A stretch of DNA of 64,000 bases from the sequence record DRR378314_445. The stretch is one strand, 5' to 3'. Within the stretch, counting starts at the first letter, position 1. Each line of letters starts with the position of its first letter. The position numbers and the translations under genes were made by a program. Positions 29,934-39,747 of this stretch are shown in pieces. The notes under the pieces were generated by a model. That model was not told the DNA's origin, did no database searches, and saw nothing but the letters and a program-made list of their open reading frames with translations.

Positions 29934-29948
29934 GTCGTAACTACCTCT

Positions 29949-30962
29949 TTACTGTTGGCTTTTTTCGCTGTACCAGATGACATCACATTGGTGTTTATCA
30001 ACCTGATCAACGACCCCTAGTGTTAATGCAAACAGAGCCATACGAATGAGAACTCCGTTGTCAGCCTGACGGAAAATAGCCAGGTTGGGGTTTTGGTTTA
30101 AGTCGTTATCCAATTCATTAGCTTCGGCGCGCGAATCCCGCGGCAAAGGATGCATGATGACCGTATTGGGTTTGTAGTGTTTAGTGTAAATGTCCTGATT
30201 TAAACGAAACTTACCGCGATACTGATCAGCGTCTTCCGGGCTGGCAAAACGTTCTTGCTGAATTCGAGTCTGATAAACAATATCAGCGTCGACAATACCG
30301 TCGACTTTTTCGGTAACAGTGACACGGTGACCTGCGTTTTCCAGCGTATCTAATACGGAGCCCGGCATAGAAAGTTCACGTGGCGAAATTAAAGTGAACT
30401 TAATGTTCTTGTACATAGAGAGTAAAGTGGACAGTGAATGTACTGTACGTCCGTACTTCAGGTCGCCAATCATGCAAATGTGCATGTTATCAATGCTCTG
30501 CTGATGGTACGCCAGTTCTTTCTGGATAGTGTAAAGGTCCAGCAATGCCTGAGTCGGATGCTCGTTTGCGCCGTCACCGCCGTTAATGACCGGTACCCGA
30601 CTGCCTTCAGCAAACTCTTTTACTGAGCCCGACTTGGGGTGGCGCATGGCAATAACGTCGCTGTAGCTGCTTAATACGCGAGCGGTGTCGTAAAGCGATT
30701 CGCCCTTTGCAATGGCAGAGCTTTCCATGCCGGTAGTTTCACGGACTTCGCCCCCTAACAGGTTGAACGCCGTGCCGAAGCTTACCCGGGTACGAGTTGA
30801 AGGTTCGAAGAAAAGATTACCAAGGATAGCGCCGTCAAGAACTCGAGTGCGTGTTTTACGTCGGGCGTAAGGTTGCATCTTGTCCGCAACGGAGAATATG
30901 TAGTCAATGCTGTCGCGATTGAACTGATTTACAGAAAGAATGTTGGAGCCGGTGAAATTCAT
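29949..30962 (-). CDS. pyrB: Aspartate carbamoyltransferase catalytic subunit
   Basis: FFEPSTRTRVSF, KGES, HPTQALLD, GDLKYGRTVHS, RIQQER and HPLPR. Confidence 0.95.
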   Translation of the reverse strand: MNFTGSNILSVNQFNRDSIDYIFSVADKMQPYARRKTRTRVLDGAILGNLFFEPSTRTRVSFGTAFNLLGGEVRETTGMESSAIAKGESLYDTARVLSSYSDVIAMRHPKSGSVKEFAEGSRVPVINGGDGANEHPTQALLDLYTIQKELAYHQQSIDNMHICMIGDLKYGRTVHSLSTLLSMYKNIKFTLISPRELSMPGSVLDTLENAGHRVTVTEKVDGIVDADIVYQTRIQQERFASPEDADQYRGKFRLNQDIYTKHYKPNTVIMHPLPRDSRAEANELDNDLNQNPNLAIFRQADNGVLIRMALFALTLGVVDQVDKHQCDVIWYSEKSQQ

Positions 30963-31032
30963 CTTTGGGTGCGCCTCTGCCGCAGAATGTCACTGGGCGC
31001 ACACTATAGCAAATCATGCGGCACAAGAGAAT

Positions 31033-31464
31033 CTAATAAGGCTTAACTACCGCTAAAATGATAATAGCGAAAAGTGCCAGTACCGGGAGCTCGTTAAACA
31101 CTCGGTAAAACCGGTGGCTGCGGCGGTTGGTGCCGGTTTTAAAGTCTTTCAATAGTTTGAAACAGTAACCGTGATACACAAAAAGTAGTAACACCAGTAC
31201 CAGTTTAGTGTGCATCCAGCCACTGGCAGCAAACCAGGCTGAACCGTAGGCAAAAATAAGCACCACACCGAAAATGAGGGTAAGAATGGCAAAGGGGGTG
31301 ACGAAATACAGTAAACGCCTTTCCATTATACAGAGTTGCTCGTCCACGGCAGGCTTGGCGTTCATTGCGTGATAAACAAACAAACGTGGTAAGTAGAAGA
31401 TGCCGGCAAACCAGGCCACCATAAAAGCAATGTGCAGGGCTTTAACCCAAAGTATCCATGTCAT
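31033..31464 (-). CDS. hemJ: Protoporphyrinogen IX oxidase HemJ
   Basis: KALHI...WFAGIFYLPRLFVYH, MERRL, WMHTKL and FNELP...VVKP. Confidence 0.93.
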   Translation of the reverse strand: MTWILWVKALHIAFMVAWFAGIFYLPRLFVYHAMNAKPAVDEQLCIMERRLLYFVTPFAILTLIFGVVLIFAYGSAWFAASGWMHTKLVLVLLLFVYHGYCFKLLKDFKTGTNRRSHRFYRVFNELPVLALFAIIILAVVKPY

Positions 31465-33155
31465 GCGAGCTCTCTCTGTAGGGCTTTACGAACAAGTTCC
31501 CAGGTAACAATGCCACAGGGCTGGCCATCATCGGTCTCATAAATGTACACAGCCCCCCGACGCTTGGGTCCAATTTCATCATACACTTCGGCCAGAGTCG
31601 ATGTGACCCGAACTCCTTTGATAGGAGTGTAACTCAGGCTGGGACTGTCCCCGGCGTTTATATCATAAGTTACCAGACGATAAAGTGCCTGATTATCTTC
31701 ATCGACTGACATGACAATAACGGTTTTCGCCTGCGCAGATTCAAGTGAGTCAACCAGTTCGTTCTGAGTGGGCTCAAGCAGCAATTTGAAATCTGTTTCC
31801 ATGACGTTTTCAACACCGGTTTTCTGTAATGCGACATGCACCGGAGCCAGCTGGTAAGGCAAACCCTGCAACTCTAGCTGGGAGATGAAAATGGATTTGG
31901 ATTTCAGTAACTGACTGGAAATGAGATAAGCAGGTACAATCACTAGCATAGCGGGAATAATAATTTCGACACTGCGAGACAGCTCGACAATAGCGAGCAG
32001 AGCTGCCATTGGTGCGTGAATACAGGCCGCTAAAATGCCTGCCATTCCCAACAGAATGAAGCTGTCGAAGGACAGTGGCTGTTGAATATCCAAACCGTTA
32101 ACTGCACCGACAAATACCGCTGCAATAATGGCTCCAATACCGAACACGGCACCAATTAAACCGCCGGGTATACCCATGCCCAAAGCAATAGCTGAGGCAA
32201 AAAGCTTTGCTATGAGCAAGGTGGTCAGCAGCGACATTTCACCCTGATGATTCAATACCTGCTCAATGGCTGTAAGCCCCGGACCTAAGCTGCTGGGAAT
32301 TATGACGGCCAGCATTGCCGTTATAAGGCCGGCAAAGAGCAAACGGGTAAGCAATGACATGTCTTGTACGGTTTCCATGACATCCAGCATGAGCTTTTTG
32401 AACAAAACCCCGACAAAACCCAGTACAACGCCCAGTAGCATCACCCAGGGTAACTGTGTGGTGGGGATATCCTGGGCTGAGAGCACGGCCAGCTCAGAAG
32501 CGACACCAAAAATTTCTTCGGTAATGAGCGAACCAGCCACCGCCGACAGCATAACCGGTATAAAAACGTGAACTTTGTATTCCCGCAGTACCACTTCCAT
32601 TACTAGAACCATAGCGGCCAAAGGTGTATTAAAAGAGGCCGCGATAGCTGCGGCTATACCACAGGCGGCAAGGGTTCGTATGGCGTTTTTAGGGGCGTCG
32701 AAATGGAACCCGAGCCAAGTAGCTGCCGCTGCACCTAAATGAACGGCGGGCCCTTCACGGCCGACACTGAAGCCGGCAACTAATGAAATTATTCCCCCAA
32801 AGAATTGGTTCACCGTACTGCGCCAGGGCAGCATGCCGTAGTGCTGTTTCATACGGTGGATAACGTAGGGGATACCCATCCGCACGTGTTTAGATCCCGA
32901 TAGCCGAAACAGAACATAAACAATGGCGGCAGCAATAATGGGGAGTAAAAAGCGGTAAGTAGTTGGTAAAGGCTGTTGCCAATAGCTACCATTGCCGACA
33001 AGATAAGCGCCTTGCTCAATCGCCAAACGGAATCCGGCAATCATAAGAGCTGCAAGAATACCGCCGGCAAGACCCATTAAACAAATGGCGATAGTGGTCG
33101 ACGGGGTCGCCAGCTGTTTGCGCAGTTGCTGTCGGAATACCGAGTTAGAGGCCAT
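31461..33155 (-). CDS. CLC-family anion channel/transporter with C-terminal cytoplasmic extension
   Basis: GREGP, AASFNTPLA and HAPMAALL; many TM helices; soluble C-terminal tail. Confidence 0.9.
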   Translation of the reverse strand: MASNSVFRQQLRKQLATPSTTIAICLMGLAGGILAALMIAGFRLAIEQGAYLVGNGSYWQQPLPTTYRFLLPIIAAAIVYVLFRLSGSKHVRMGIPYVIHRMKQHYGMLPWRSTVNQFFGGIISLVAGFSVGREGPAVHLGAAAATWLGFHFDAPKNAIRTLAACGIAAAIAASFNTPLAAMVLVMEVVLREYKVHVFIPVMLSAVAGSLITEEIFGVASELAVLSAQDIPTTQLPWVMLLGVVLGFVGVLFKKLMLDVMETVQDMSLLTRLLFAGLITAMLAVIIPSSLGPGLTAIEQVLNHQGEMSLLTTLLIAKLFASAIALGMGIPGGLIGAVFGIGAIIAAVFVGAVNGLDIQQPLSFDSFILLGMAGILAACIHAPMAALLAIVELSRSVEIIIPAMLVIVPAYLISSQLLKSKSIFISQLELQGLPYQLAPVHVALQKTGVENVMETDFKLLLEPTQNELVDSLESAQAKTVIVMSVDEDNQALYRLVTYDINAGDSPSLSYTPIKGVRVTSTLAEVYDEIGPKRRGAVYIYETDDGQPCGIVTWELVRKALQRELA

Positions 33156-33250
33156 TTAAAATAAGATCCTTACCTTAAACCGTGGGATGAGCTTGCATAT
33201 TTATCAATAACATATCAGCATAAACGCTTGATGGAAATGAGCTGGAAGTT

Positions 33251-33997
33251 ATGAAGCCCTATTTTAACCTGAAATACTGGCAACAGCGCTGGGGAGCTTT
33301 CCCGGTATTTGTGTTGTTGATCTGTGTTGCTGTTTTGGTTGTTTACCTGGCTTACCTAGCCGGAGTTTGGCATGCAAAAGCCTTGAAAGAAGAAGTTTCC
33401 AAACAGTCGCAACAACTTGAGCAGCTTTATCAGCGTATTGAGCAGATGGAGTATCAACGCCATGTGCTGCAAGTTGAGCTAGACATTGAGCGCTCGGCAA
33501 ACCAAAGTTTGCAGGACGAGTTGAGTGCGTTACAGAACGATAATTATGGTTTACGCCGAGACTTAGCGTTTTATCAGAAGATTATGGCGCCGGAGCTACA
33601 GGAAAGCGGCGTTACGATAGACTCTTTAACGGTTACTAAGAACCGTTCAGAAAATCATTTCCATTTCTCTCTGGCGGTATTGCAAATTGAGCAGCGCCGT
33701 AACTTTGTTCAGGGGAATGTTACGGTTGAACTGGTCGGCCGCATTGATGGTAAGAAAGAGCGTTATGACTTACTGAAACTTGCCAATATAGCGCAAGATG
33801 AACGGAACTTTTCTATGCGCTATTTCTCTTTGTACGAAGGCGACTTCTTTATGCCTGAAGGGCTTGTGCCAGAACGGGTTGAAGTAAAAGTGCAGCTAAC
33901 CAAAGGTGGTAGAGGGACACTGGACCGAACCTTTTTCTGGAAAGAAATTAGCCGCGGAGATGCCAACCCCGGTGTGCGTAGTGACGGCGATACTTGA
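33251..33997 (+). CDS. Conserved membrane-anchored coiled-coil protein (DUF6776-like)
   Basis: Single N-terminal TM, coiled coil, LAFYQKIMAPE motif and beta-rich C-terminus. Confidence 0.75.
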   Translation: MKPYFNLKYWQQRWGAFPVFVLLICVAVLVVYLAYLAGVWHAKALKEEVSKQSQQLEQLYQRIEQMEYQRHVLQVELDIERSANQSLQDELSALQNDNYGLRRDLAFYQKIMAPELQESGVTIDSLTVTKNRSENHFHFSLAVLQIEQRRNFVQGNVTVELVGRIDGKKERYDLLKLANIAQDERNFSMRYFSLYEGDFFMPEGLVPERVEVKVQLTKGGRGTLDRTFFWKEISRGDANPGVRSDGDT

Positions 33998-34014
33998 CCA
34001 AAATACTCAGGTAA
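33990..34014 (+). promoter_or_regulatory. IscR type-1 operator over the erpA -35 element
   Basis: ATACTTGACCAAAATACTCAGGTAA matches ATASYYGACTRWWWYAGTCRRSTAT at 22 of 25 positions by eye; it contains the TTGACC of a TTGACC-N17-GAAAAT promoter. Confidence 0.8.
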
Positions 34015-34053
34015 GAGAAAATAGCAGTAGAGTTCAACCAAGGTAGAGAAATC

Positions 34054-34404
34054 ATGAGCAGTGCAGCAGAGCAGGCAATGCCGATTGAGTTCACTGAACA
34101 AGCGGCAAGCAAAGTGGGTAAGCTGATTGCTGAAGAAGAAAACCCAAACTTGAAGTTGCGTGTTTACGTAACCGGAGGCGGTTGTTCGGGCTTCCAATAT
34201 GGTTTTACCTTTGATGAAAAGAAAAACCCGGGTGATATGGAAATAGAAAAAAACGGCGTCACCCTGCTGGTTGATCCAATGAGTTTACAGTATTTAATGG
34301 GGGGCGTGGTCAGCTACGAAGAAGGACTGCAGGGTTCACGCTTTTTTGTCGACAACCCTAATGCCACAACAACCTGTGGTTGCGGTTCGAGTTTTTCCGT
34401 TTAG
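34054..34404 (+). CDS. erpA: Iron-sulfur cluster insertion protein ErpA
   Basis: [21 protein letters not shown] and [15 protein letters not shown]. Confidence 0.98.
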   Translation: MSSAAEQAMPIEFTEQAASKVGKLIAEEENPNLKLRVYVTGGGCSGFQYGFTFDEKKNPGDMEIEKNGVTLLVDPMSLQYLMGGVVSYEEGLQGSRFFVDNPNATTTCGCGSSFSV

Positions 34405-34488
34405 GCTTTAGTTCCTTCCCTCGGGAACAGCTGAAAGTTTTCGGCTTTTCCGCTAGAATAACCTCACAATTTTTTGTGAGGTTTTTTT

Positions 34489-35805
34489 ATGAGCGCGTAC
34501 GCAGAACACATCAAGACAGTTTGTAGCCGCTTTGATAAAGCGTTAGAGGACAACAATTTTGAATCGGTACTGGTTTACTCGGGCCAGCCACGAGTTGATT
34601 TTCTCGATGATAACGCGCCGCCGTACCGGGTTAATCCGCTATTTAAATACTGGGTTCCGGTCACAGAAAGCCCCAAAAGCGCTATTTTTTATCGCAAGGG
34701 CAGCCAACGTCCTACGGTTTACTTATTTCAGGCTCGGGACTTTTGGCATGCTCCAGTGAATGTGCCGGAAGAAGAATGGCAGCAGCATGTTGATTTAAAA
34801 ATTATCGACGACTTAAGCATGCTGACTGAAGACTTAGGCAGCGACTTGGAGCAGTCCGCTTTTATTGGTGAAGACTTTGCACAGCCGGTCAGTGACTGGA
34901 GAGTAAAAGCACGTAACCCGCAGGCATTGATTGATCATCTGCACTTTCACCGCTCAATAAAAACTCAATGGGAAGTGGATAATTTGCGCGAAGCCAACCG
35001 CTTAGCGGCAAAAGCCCATGTTGCAGCAAAAGAAGCCTTTTTTGCCGGTAAAAGCGAGTTGGAAATACATCATGCTTACCTTGGCGCTATCGACTTTCGT
35101 GAGTCACAGGTGCCTTACAATAGTATCGTTGCGCTGAACAGCCACTCGGCAATTTTGCATTATGACGTATACGACACTGTTCCGCCTAAGCAAATCCGTT
35201 CGTTCTTAATAGATGCTGGCGCACGCTACCGTGGTTATTGCTCCGATATAACCCGCTCATACGCTTATGAAGAAGGTTTCTACGCGAATCTGGTAGAAGC
35301 TATGGATAAAGCACAACAAGAGCTGTTGAGCGAGATTAAGCCCGGTGTGAGCTATTACGACCTGCATGTGTCGATGCATCTGAAAGTCGCGAAAATTTTA
35401 AGTGACTTTGAGTTTATTAAAGGTGATGCACAAAGCATTTATGACAAAGGTTACACCAGTGCCTTTATGCCACATGGATTAGGGCACTTTATTGGTTTGC
35501 AGGTACACGATGTTGGTGGTTTCCTGAAGGACGACAAAGGTAACAGCTACGAGCGCAGTGAGCGTCATCCGTTTTTACGCTTATTACGAGACATTGAAGT
35601 TGGCCACGTCTTCACAATTGAGCCGGGCTTATATGTGGTCGATCAGCTACTGGAAGAGCACAAAGACAGCGCAGATATTAACTGGGAGAAAGTTGATGAG
35701 CTGCGTCCATACGGCGGTGTACGTATTGAAGACAGCATCGTGGTTGGAGCCGATGGCAATGAAAACCTGACGCGTGATGCGTTTAAAGAACTGGGTGCCG
35801 AATAA
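34489..35805 (+). CDS. pepQ: Xaa-Pro dipeptidase (prolidase)
   Basis: FLDD...VNPLFKYWVP, LIDAGA, SDITR, PHGLGHFIGLQVHDVGG, TIEPG and GGVRIED. Confidence 0.95.
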   Translation: MSAYAEHIKTVCSRFDKALEDNNFESVLVYSGQPRVDFLDDNAPPYRVNPLFKYWVPVTESPKSAIFYRKGSQRPTVYLFQARDFWHAPVNVPEEEWQQHVDLKIIDDLSMLTEDLGSDLEQSAFIGEDFAQPVSDWRVKARNPQALIDHLHFHRSIKTQWEVDNLREANRLAAKAHVAAKEAFFAGKSELEIHHAYLGAIDFRESQVPYNSIVALNSHSAILHYDVYDTVPPKQIRSFLIDAGARYRGYCSDITRSYAYEEGFYANLVEAMDKAQQELLSEIKPGVSYYDLHVSMHLKVAKILSDFEFIKGDAQSIYDKGYTSAFMPHGLGHFIGLQVHDVGGFLKDDKGNSYERSERHPFLRLLRDIEVGHVFTIEPGLYVVDQLLEEHKDSADINWEKVDELRPYGGVRIEDSIVVGADGNENLTRDAFKELGAE

Positions 35806-35810
35806 AGAGT

Positions 35811-36920
35811 CTATTGATGTAGGACTTTAGCGCCTAAAACAACCGGGTGACTGGCTCCTGTAACTTCAGGCTGGTTGCCCGGTTTTTTATGCTCGAAACA
35901 CCAGCCTAACCAGGCAAAAGCGATTGCCTCAACCCATTGCGGGTCAACGCCTAAACTCGCTGTAGTATCGCATTGAATCGGCGCTAAAAGTTGAGTTAAG
36001 CGCTCCATCAATAATGGGTTTCGGGTGCCGCCACCACAAAAATAAGCCGTATCGGGTTGTTGTGGCAAGGTTGTCAGTGCATCTTTGATGCTAATAGCGG
36101 TAAGTTCGGTCAAAGTGCGCTGTACATCAGCCGGGCTAATGTTGTGTCCGGTCAATTGTCGTTGCAGCCATTTTAAGTTGAACTCCTCGCGACCCGTACT
36201 TTTGGGAGCTGGCTTAGCAAAAAACGGATGCTGCAATAAACGCTTTAGCAGGTCAGGCTGAAGTTTGCCTGCTCTCGCAAACTGAGCATTTTCATCGAAG
36301 CTTTTACTTGAGTCATTATGCTGAACCCATTGGTCGAGCAAGGTGTTGGCAGGTCCTGTATCGAAGCCCAGTATGTTGCCGTTATGGCCAAGCCAGGTGA
36401 CATTGGCAATACCACCTAAATTAATCACCGCAATGCTTTGATTCTTGCGGGAAAAAACTTGCTTATGAAAAGCCGGAACCAATGGCGCACCCTGACCACC
36501 TGCGGCGATGTCTTTGCGACGAAAATCGTAAATCACATCAATACCCGTACCCAAAGCTAACCGTGTAGGGTCGCCAATTTGACAGGTGTAGGCTGGTATT
36601 GAGTTGGGCTTGTGGCGAACGGTTTGTCCGTGACTGGCTATGGCGGTAATGTCTTTTGCTGCGATACTGACTTTTTCAAGAAGCCGCTCTACTACTTTGG
36701 CACTGAGCTCGGAAAAAGCAATGTCTAAACCGGCCAGTTCATCGGCCTGCCAGTTGTCTGTGTGGCTTAAAGCCAATAAGCGAGTACGCAATTCCGGGGG
36801 GAAAGACAAAGAGTGATGAGCTTCAAGTCTGGGCGTGCCTTGCGCGTCTATCTGGACCAATGCCGCGTCAACCGCATCCATACTGGTGCCCGACATCAGT
36901 CCAATATAACGCTGAAACAT
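35811..36920 (-). CDS. anmK: Anhydro-N-acetylmuramic acid kinase
   Basis: IGLMSGTSMD, HGQTVRH, GGQGAPLVP, GFDTGPAN, PKSTGRE and EAIAFAWL. Confidence 0.97.
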   Translation of the reverse strand: MFQRYIGLMSGTSMDAVDAALVQIDAQGTPRLEAHHSLSFPPELRTRLLALSHTDNWQADELAGLDIAFSELSAKVVERLLEKVSIAAKDITAIASHGQTVRHKPNSIPAYTCQIGDPTRLALGTGIDVIYDFRRKDIAAGGQGAPLVPAFHKQVFSRKNQSIAVINLGGIANVTWLGHNGNILGFDTGPANTLLDQWVQHNDSSKSFDENAQFARAGKLQPDLLKRLLQHPFFAKPAPKSTGREEFNLKWLQRQLTGHNISPADVQRTLTELTAISIKDALTTLPQQPDTAYFCGGGTRNPLLMERLTQLLAPIQCDTTASLGVDPQWVEAIAFAWLGWCFEHKKPGNQPEVTGASHPVVLGAKVLHQ

Positions 36921-38236
36921 TACTGCATCGCCAGGTAAACGCGTCTGTTGTCGTTTAGTATGGCCATTACCTGATCCGCGTGTTGGCGGAACGAAGGCAA
37001 TTCTGATTCGCCCAGCGACTTAGCTTCCGGCAATTCCACCGTACGAGGGTTACGATGTACGCCGTCAACAAGGAATTCGTAGTGTAAGTGTGGACCCGTT
37101 ACCCGGCCTGTCGCGCCGACGCGACCAATTACCTGACCTTGTTTAACACGGTCGCCGGTTTTCACGTGCTTACGGCTAAGGTGTAAATACTTAGTCACGT
37201 AGCGTTCGCCGTGTTGCACAAAAATATAATTACCATTCAACGAGGTATAACCAGCCGCGATAACTTTACCATCACCAGAAGACATTACTGGCGTGCCAGT
37301 AGAGGCTGCGTAATCTATACCATTGTGCGGGCGCACTCTTCCGGTAACCGGATGTAAGCGGCGAGGGTTGAAGCTCGAGCTTATGTAGGTAAAGTTAACC
37401 GGTGAACGCAGGAAGGTTTTGCGCATGGCGCGACCGTTCGGCGTATAATATTGTCCATTATCGTGAAGAATGGCCTGGAAGTTCTCGTCCCGGTTTACAA
37501 ACTCTGCCGCTAAAATTTTGCCGTAGCCAACAAACTCGCCATCTACATAGTGCGTTTCATAAAGTACGCTAAATTCGTCGTTTTTACGCAAGTCTAAGGC
37601 AAAGTCGATATCCCAGCCAAAAATATTGGCAATGCGCATAATTTGGTTGTCAGTCAAACCCGAGTCGATACCGGCATTCCAGAAGCTGGAGTCAATAACG
37701 GCATGAGTGAATTCTGTACGAACTTCAACTTTTTTAGTTTCGATTTCAGCAACAAAGCTGTCGTTTTGACGAGTGATAATAAGCGTTTCTGTATCGTTTA
37801 TCTGGTGCGCTAGCTGCACCAGGTTATCGTCACTGTCAGTCGCAAAGCGAAGCAAATCGCCAGGGTGAACTTTACGAAGATATTTGGCTTCATCGCCGGA
37901 CTCGGTAACGCGATACAGTTGCTGGGCGCTAAAGCCTACTTTGCTAAATATTTTAGCTAAGCTGTCACCCGATTTAATCTGATAGGTTTGCCATGTTAGC
38001 TCTGAGTTTTCGGTACTTTCATCTGAGCTGGGTTGCTCAAAAGCTAAATCGAGCTGGTAACGTTTACCTGGCATCAACTGCTCTGCTGAAGTACTGTTCT
38101 TAGATGCCGTGGCAGGTTCCGACGGAATGATCAGTAATAGCAAGAGGGCAACGCTGATCGCACTGATCAGAATTTTATGAGAATGCGGAAGTTGCAGAAA
38201 CATCCGCTGAATTTTGGTGACAGATTTTAATGTCAT
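36920..38236 (-). CDS. M23 peptidoglycan DD-endopeptidase with OapA/LysM-like N-terminus (MepM-like)
   Basis: LPHSH followed by a TM, IKSGDSL, HNGID (HxxxD) and GPHLHYE (HxH); start is uncertain and 38236 was chosen. Confidence 0.92.
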   Translation of the reverse strand: MTLKSVTKIQRMFLQLPHSHKILISAISVALLLLLIIPSEPATASKNSTSAEQLMPGKRYQLDLAFEQPSSDESTENSELTWQTYQIKSGDSLAKIFSKVGFSAQQLYRVTESGDEAKYLRKVHPGDLLRFATDSDDNLVQLAHQINDTETLIITRQNDSFVAEIETKKVEVRTEFTHAVIDSSFWNAGIDSGLTDNQIMRIANIFGWDIDFALDLRKNDEFSVLYETHYVDGEFVGYGKILAAEFVNRDENFQAILHDNGQYYTPNGRAMRKTFLRSPVNFTYISSSFNPRRLHPVTGRVRPHNGIDYAASTGTPVMSSGDGKVIAAGYTSLNGNYIFVQHGERYVTKYLHLSRKHVKTGDRVKQGQVIGRVGATGRVTGPHLHYEFLVDGVHRNPRTVELPEAKSLGESELPSFRQHADQVMAILNDNRRVYLAMQ

Positions 38237-38448
38237 ATTATAGCGCACTTCACTTTCTTTATTGTGATTATCCAGTAAACATGTGTCAGCAAACACTGAG
38301 ATTACCGCACCTGTTTACGACCACGGAATAACCTTATGGTTTCGAGGATAATACGAAAAAATGAAGAATACCAGATCATTGAGCTTAAAACAGTGGTAAT
38401 AATGGCGTAAAATGGCTGGTTTATGAGTTTTTACAGTTGGAGATGAGG

Positions 38449-39654
38449 ATGAAAACCGAAGTGGCGGAAGCTATTGCCGAGATTACTCGCGGTGCCGAAG
38501 AAGTTTTACTCGAGCAGGAACTGGCTGAGAAGTTGGCCAGTGGTAAGCCACTGACAGTGAAAGCTGGCTTTGACCCAACGGCACCTGATTTACACTTGGG
38601 ACACACTGTTTTAATTAACAAGTTGAGAGTATTTCAGGACTTTGGTCATAAAGTGGTTTTCCTTATAGGTGATTTCACCGGCATGATAGGTGACCCTACA
38701 GGTAAGAATGTGACCAGAAAGCCGCTGACCACGGAACAGGTTATTGCTAACGCTGAAACTTATAAAGAACAGGTTTTTAAAATTCTCGATCCGGCTAAAA
38801 CCGAAATCCGTTTTAACTCCGAATGGATGTCGAAAATGGGGGCAGCCGATATGATTAAACTGGCTGCGCGCCAGACCGTAGCCCGTATGTTAGAACGTGA
38901 TGATTTTAAAAAACGCTACCAGAACAATCAGTCGATAGCTATTCACGAGTTTTTATACCCATTGGTTCAGGGCTGGGATTCGGTTGAATTAAAAGCTGAC
39001 GTTGAGCTTGGCGGAACCGACCAGCGCTTCAACCTGCTCATGGGTCGCGAACTGCAAAAAGAAGAAGGACAGCGTCCACAAACTGTCATTATGACGCCGT
39101 TACTGGAAGGGCTGGACGGCGTTCAGAAGATGTCAAAATCGCTGAATAACTATATTGGCATTACGGAACCGGCAAATGACATGTTTGGTAAAATTATGTC
39201 GGTGTCAGATGAGCTCATGTGGCGTTACTTCCAGTTACTCAGCTTTCGTTCCATTACTGAAATTGACGAGCTGAAAGCGGCTGTAGCCGACGGCAAAAAC
39301 CCACGTGATGTGAAAGTTTTGCTGGCAAAAGAAATCATCGCTCGCTTTCACTCGGAAGACGACGCTGAGAAAGCCGAACAGGATTTTATCCAGCGTTTCC
39401 AGAAAAATGCTTTACCGGACGATATTCCGGAAAAGACGGTGCAAGTCGGAGCTGAGGGAATGGCAATAGGTAATGTGCTAAAAGAAGCTGGGCTGGTTGA
39501 GTCCACCTCGGAAGCGTTACGAATGATAAAACAAAATGCCGTTAAAGTGGATGGCGAGAAATTCAGCGATTCGCGTTACCTGTGCACAGAAAAGGACTCT
39601 GGAGTTTATCAGGTGGGTAAACGTCGCTTCGCTAAAATTAACTTAACGGCGTAA
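38449..39654 (+). CDS. tyrS: Tyrosine-tRNA ligase (type 2)
   Basis: [23 protein letters not shown] and C-terminal S4 domain ending QVGKRRF. Confidence 0.98.
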   Translation: MKTEVAEAIAEITRGAEEVLLEQELAEKLASGKPLTVKAGFDPTAPDLHLGHTVLINKLRVFQDFGHKVVFLIGDFTGMIGDPTGKNVTRKPLTTEQVIANAETYKEQVFKILDPAKTEIRFNSEWMSKMGAADMIKLAARQTVARMLERDDFKKRYQNNQSIAIHEFLYPLVQGWDSVELKADVELGGTDQRFNLLMGRELQKEEGQRPQTVIMTPLLEGLDGVQKMSKSLNNYIGITEPANDMFGKIMSVSDELMWRYFQLLSFRSITEIDELKAAVADGKNPRDVKVLLAKEIIARFHSEDDAEKAEQDFIQRFQKNALPDDIPEKTVQVGAEGMAIGNVLKEAGLVESTSEALRMIKQNAVKVDGEKFSDSRYLCTEKDSGVYQVGKRRFAKINLTA

Positions 39655-39691
39655 CAGCGTTAATTATTGAGGCAATAAAACCGTGAAATAT

Positions 39692-39721
39692 AAAAAGGCG
39701 CCTTTAAAGGGCGCCTTTTTT
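39692..39721. terminator. Bidirectional intrinsic terminator between tyrS and the MCP gene
   Basis: AAAAAGGCGCC-TTTAAAG-GGCGCC-TTTTTT between convergent genes. Confidence 0.9.
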
Positions 39722-39747
39722 GTTTCTGCAGTTCAGAGGTTTTTGCT

